Positions 62,197 through 64,000 of a DNA stretch of 64,000 nucleotides are shown one piece after another. The stretch's first letter is position 1. Each line of letters starts with the position of its first letter. Position numbers and translations under genes: made by a program. Source of the stretch: an uncultured Acidobacteriota bacterium (GTDB lineage Bacteria; Acidobacteriota; Thermoanaerobaculia; Multivoradales; JAHEKO01); contig CAVQNG010000003.1 in assembly GCA_963713825.1 (NCBI GenBank), positions 768,001 through 832,000 on the forward strand, written 5' to 3'. A model generated the notes under the pieces. That model saw nothing but the letters and a program-made list of their open reading frames with translations, was not told the DNA's origin and did no database searches.

Positions 62197-63288
62197 ATGA
62201 CGAAAGGGGAAATGAGCATGCGGAGTAGAAATACAGCACTGTTGTGTCTGTTGCTGGTGGCCATGTTCGCTGTCGCCACGACAGGGTTCGCCTACAACCC
62301 GAAGGCGATCGACAAGAAGGTAGAGGAGGGGCTCGCTGAGTTCGACAAAGTCGTGAAGAATTCTGACGAGGTGTTCGAGGCCTCTGTTGGCATTCTGGTT
62401 TGTCCGAGGATCGGTAAAGTGGGCCTGGGAATTGGCCTCGAGAAGGGACTTTGTTCCCTGATGATCGACGGCAAGACCGTCGAGTATTGGCGCGCCTCCG
62501 GAGCCTCGCTTGGTTTGACTGCGGGAATCCAATCTGCCGGCCTGGTCGTGGCCTTCACAGAGCAGGCTGCTCTGGACAAGTTCCGTGCGTCCAACAGAGG
62601 GTGGACTTTCGGCGTTGACGGTTCCGTCGCCGTGGCCAAGCTGGGCGCAAATGGAATGGTCAACACCGCGGAGTTCAAGAAGCCGATCTATGCCTTCAGC
62701 TACAGCCCGAAGGGGCTGATGGCCGACCTGTCTCTCGCGACCTCGACCCTCAAGAAAATCGGCACCGAGGAGGATCTCGCCAGGTACGAGGATCCGTACC
62801 ACCGATTCACGGTAACAGCCGACGTCTCGGGCTCGGGCTTTGGGACCTCGGGAGGCGCCGAGACGCAACAGGTGAGGATTGATATCGACGGCTGGGTCAC
62901 CATCGCGCAGATCGAAGCCATGCAGGAGTTGGTCCGTGACAAGAGCACGGCCGAGGCCAGCATGGCGATGGCCGAGATGGAGCCGCTCGGAACGATCATG
63001 CAGGGCAACAAGAGGATCCCCATCCACTGGGCTCGGGCACTTCAAATGGGCGACACGTATCGGGTGTTGCTCGCCACCAACGAGCCGATGGGTTTCTCCT
63101 GGGCCAAGCAGCCCGAGAACACCGTGACGGTCTTCCAACTGGACCTGGATACCAAGCGCCTCGGTACTGGCGTGATGGTGATGAATCCAGAGCTCGGTTG
63201 GGATGACGAACGGAACGGTATCACCGTCCAGCAGACGAACCTCAAACCCATTAAGCTGACCTCGGTGAGTTACAAGAAGATCGAGTAG
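62197..63288 (+). CDS. Secreted YSC84/SYLF lipid-binding domain protein with an additional C-terminal domain
   Basis: Signal peptide, ASLGLTAGIQ, GWTFGVDGSVAV, KGLMADLSL. Confidence 0.75.
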   Translation: MTKGEMSMRSRNTALLCLLLVAMFAVATTGFAYNPKAIDKKVEEGLAEFDKVVKNSDEVFEASVGILVCPRIGKVGLGIGLEKGLCSLMIDGKTVEYWRASGASLGLTAGIQSAGLVVAFTEQAALDKFRASNRGWTFGVDGSVAVAKLGANGMVNTAEFKKPIYAFSYSPKGLMADLSLATSTLKKIGTEEDLARYEDPYHRFTVTADVSGSGFGTSGGAETQQVRIDIDGWVTIAQIEAMQELVRDKSTAEASMAMAEMEPLGTIMQGNKRIPIHWARALQMGDTYRVLLATNEPMGFSWAKQPENTVTVFQLDLDTKRLGTGVMVMNPELGWDDERNGITVQQTNLKPIKLTSVSYKKIE

Positions 63289-63319
63289 TCGTCCTCACGA
63301 CGAGTAACTCGCAAGTTCT

Positions 63320-63359
63320 GGCGGGGCGGGAGGTCTTCGGACCCCCCGCCCTGTTTCTT
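63320..63359 (+). terminator. Rho-independent terminator
   Basis: GCGGGGCGGGAGGTC-TTCG-GACCCCCCGCCCTGT followed by TTCTT. Confidence 0.75.
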
Positions 63360-63385
63360 GCCAGGGGGAAGGCTCGGTTGCACTC

Positions 63386-63414
63386 TTGACCGGGCGGGTG
63401 GAATCCAGTAAGGT
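63386..63414 (+). promoter_or_regulatory. Putative sigma70 promoter of rpmH
   Basis: TTGACC-N17-TAAGGT. Confidence 0.5.
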
Positions 63415-63518
63415 ATTGCGTTCTTGAGGGTTATGGGAGTCAAGGCGGCTACCCACGAGTGCTGAAGGCCGCTTCCCGAGACAGCCAAAATAGTTGATAT
63501 CGAGAAAGCGGCATCACC

Positions 63519-63653
63519 GTGAAGAGAACTTACCAGCCGAACAATCGCCGTCGGAAACGCACCCACGGCTTTCGTCTTCGGATGCGCACCCGCCAGGGTC
63601 GAGCCATCATCAATCGGCGGCGCAGAAAAGGGCGTAAGCGCCTCGCTGTCTGA
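63519..63653 (+). CDS. rpmH: 50S ribosomal protein L34
   Basis: Hand-translated from GTG: [44 protein letters not shown]. Confidence 0.97.
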   Translation: MKRTYQPNNRRRKRTHGFRLRMRTRQGRAIINRRRRKGRKRLAV

Positions 63654-63656
63654 GCC

Positions 63657-64000
63657 ATGTCCTCTCGGCAGGCCTCTCCCATGAGCGGAGAGTCTCTGCG
63701 CCGCGAGGAAGGGCTCAGGAGACGGGCGGACTTCCTGCAATGCTACAGATCCGGACGCCGGCGTCACGGCTCGCTGGTGATTCTCTATTTTCTGAAGCGT
63801 CCTCCAGAACCGCCCTTTGCACGCATCGGCATCACGGCGAGCCGCAAGGTGGGCGGCTCGGTCGTGCGGCACCGAGTCAAGCGCCGGATCCGGGAGATCT
63901 TTCGACGCTGGGACGAGCGCCGGCAGTTGCCCCCGTACGACATCGTGGTGCACGTGCTTCCAGCGGCTCGACAGGCCGGGTTCCTGGACCTGAAGCAGGA
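63657..64000 (+). CDS. rnpA: Ribonuclease P protein component (3' end outside window)
   Basis: LRRRADF, RIGITASRKVGGSVVRHRVKRRIRE; directly follows rpmH. Confidence 0.93.
   Translation, partial: MSSRQASPMSGESLRREEGLRRRADFLQCYRSGRRRHGSLVILYFLKRPPEPPFARIGITASRKVGGSVVRHRVKRRIREIFRRWDERRQLPPYDIVVHVLPAARQAGFLDLKQ

Overview
High-GC bacterial chromosome segment around the replication origin. The gene content resembles Acidobacteriota, possibly Thermoanaerobaculia, but that is an inference. From left to right it contains: (1) a ~21 kb peptidoglycan/amino-sugar degradation and recycling locus (serine hydrolases, lysA, D-aminoacylase, M14 peptidase, a single 1342-aa NagZ+AmiE-like+NamZ fusion, SSS transporter, NagB-like protein, YdjC deacetylase, BadF-type kinase, Ala-Glu epimerase, LdcA, Amidase_2); (2) a type III PKS / methyltransferase / ACP / FAAL / flavin oxidoreductase operon; (3) a putative organo-arsenic operon (DUF2064-like protein with a C-terminal RSPP tail, ArsM-like methyltransferase, radical SAM, metallophosphoesterase, flavoprotein); (4) housekeeping genes followed by gyrA-gyrB-recF-dnaN-oriC-dnaA; (5) sppA, mutY, a cNMP-binding protein, a P-loop kinase ending in a clamp-binding-like motif, recR-ybaB-dnaX, SRP RNA, tadA and two tRNA-Ser genes; (6) a sigma54-controlled arylsulfatase module; (7) rpmH-rnpA, displaced ~18.7 kb from dnaA. 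A small dispersed hairpin repeat with conserved flanks occurs four times. No CRISPR array, integrase or transposase was seen.
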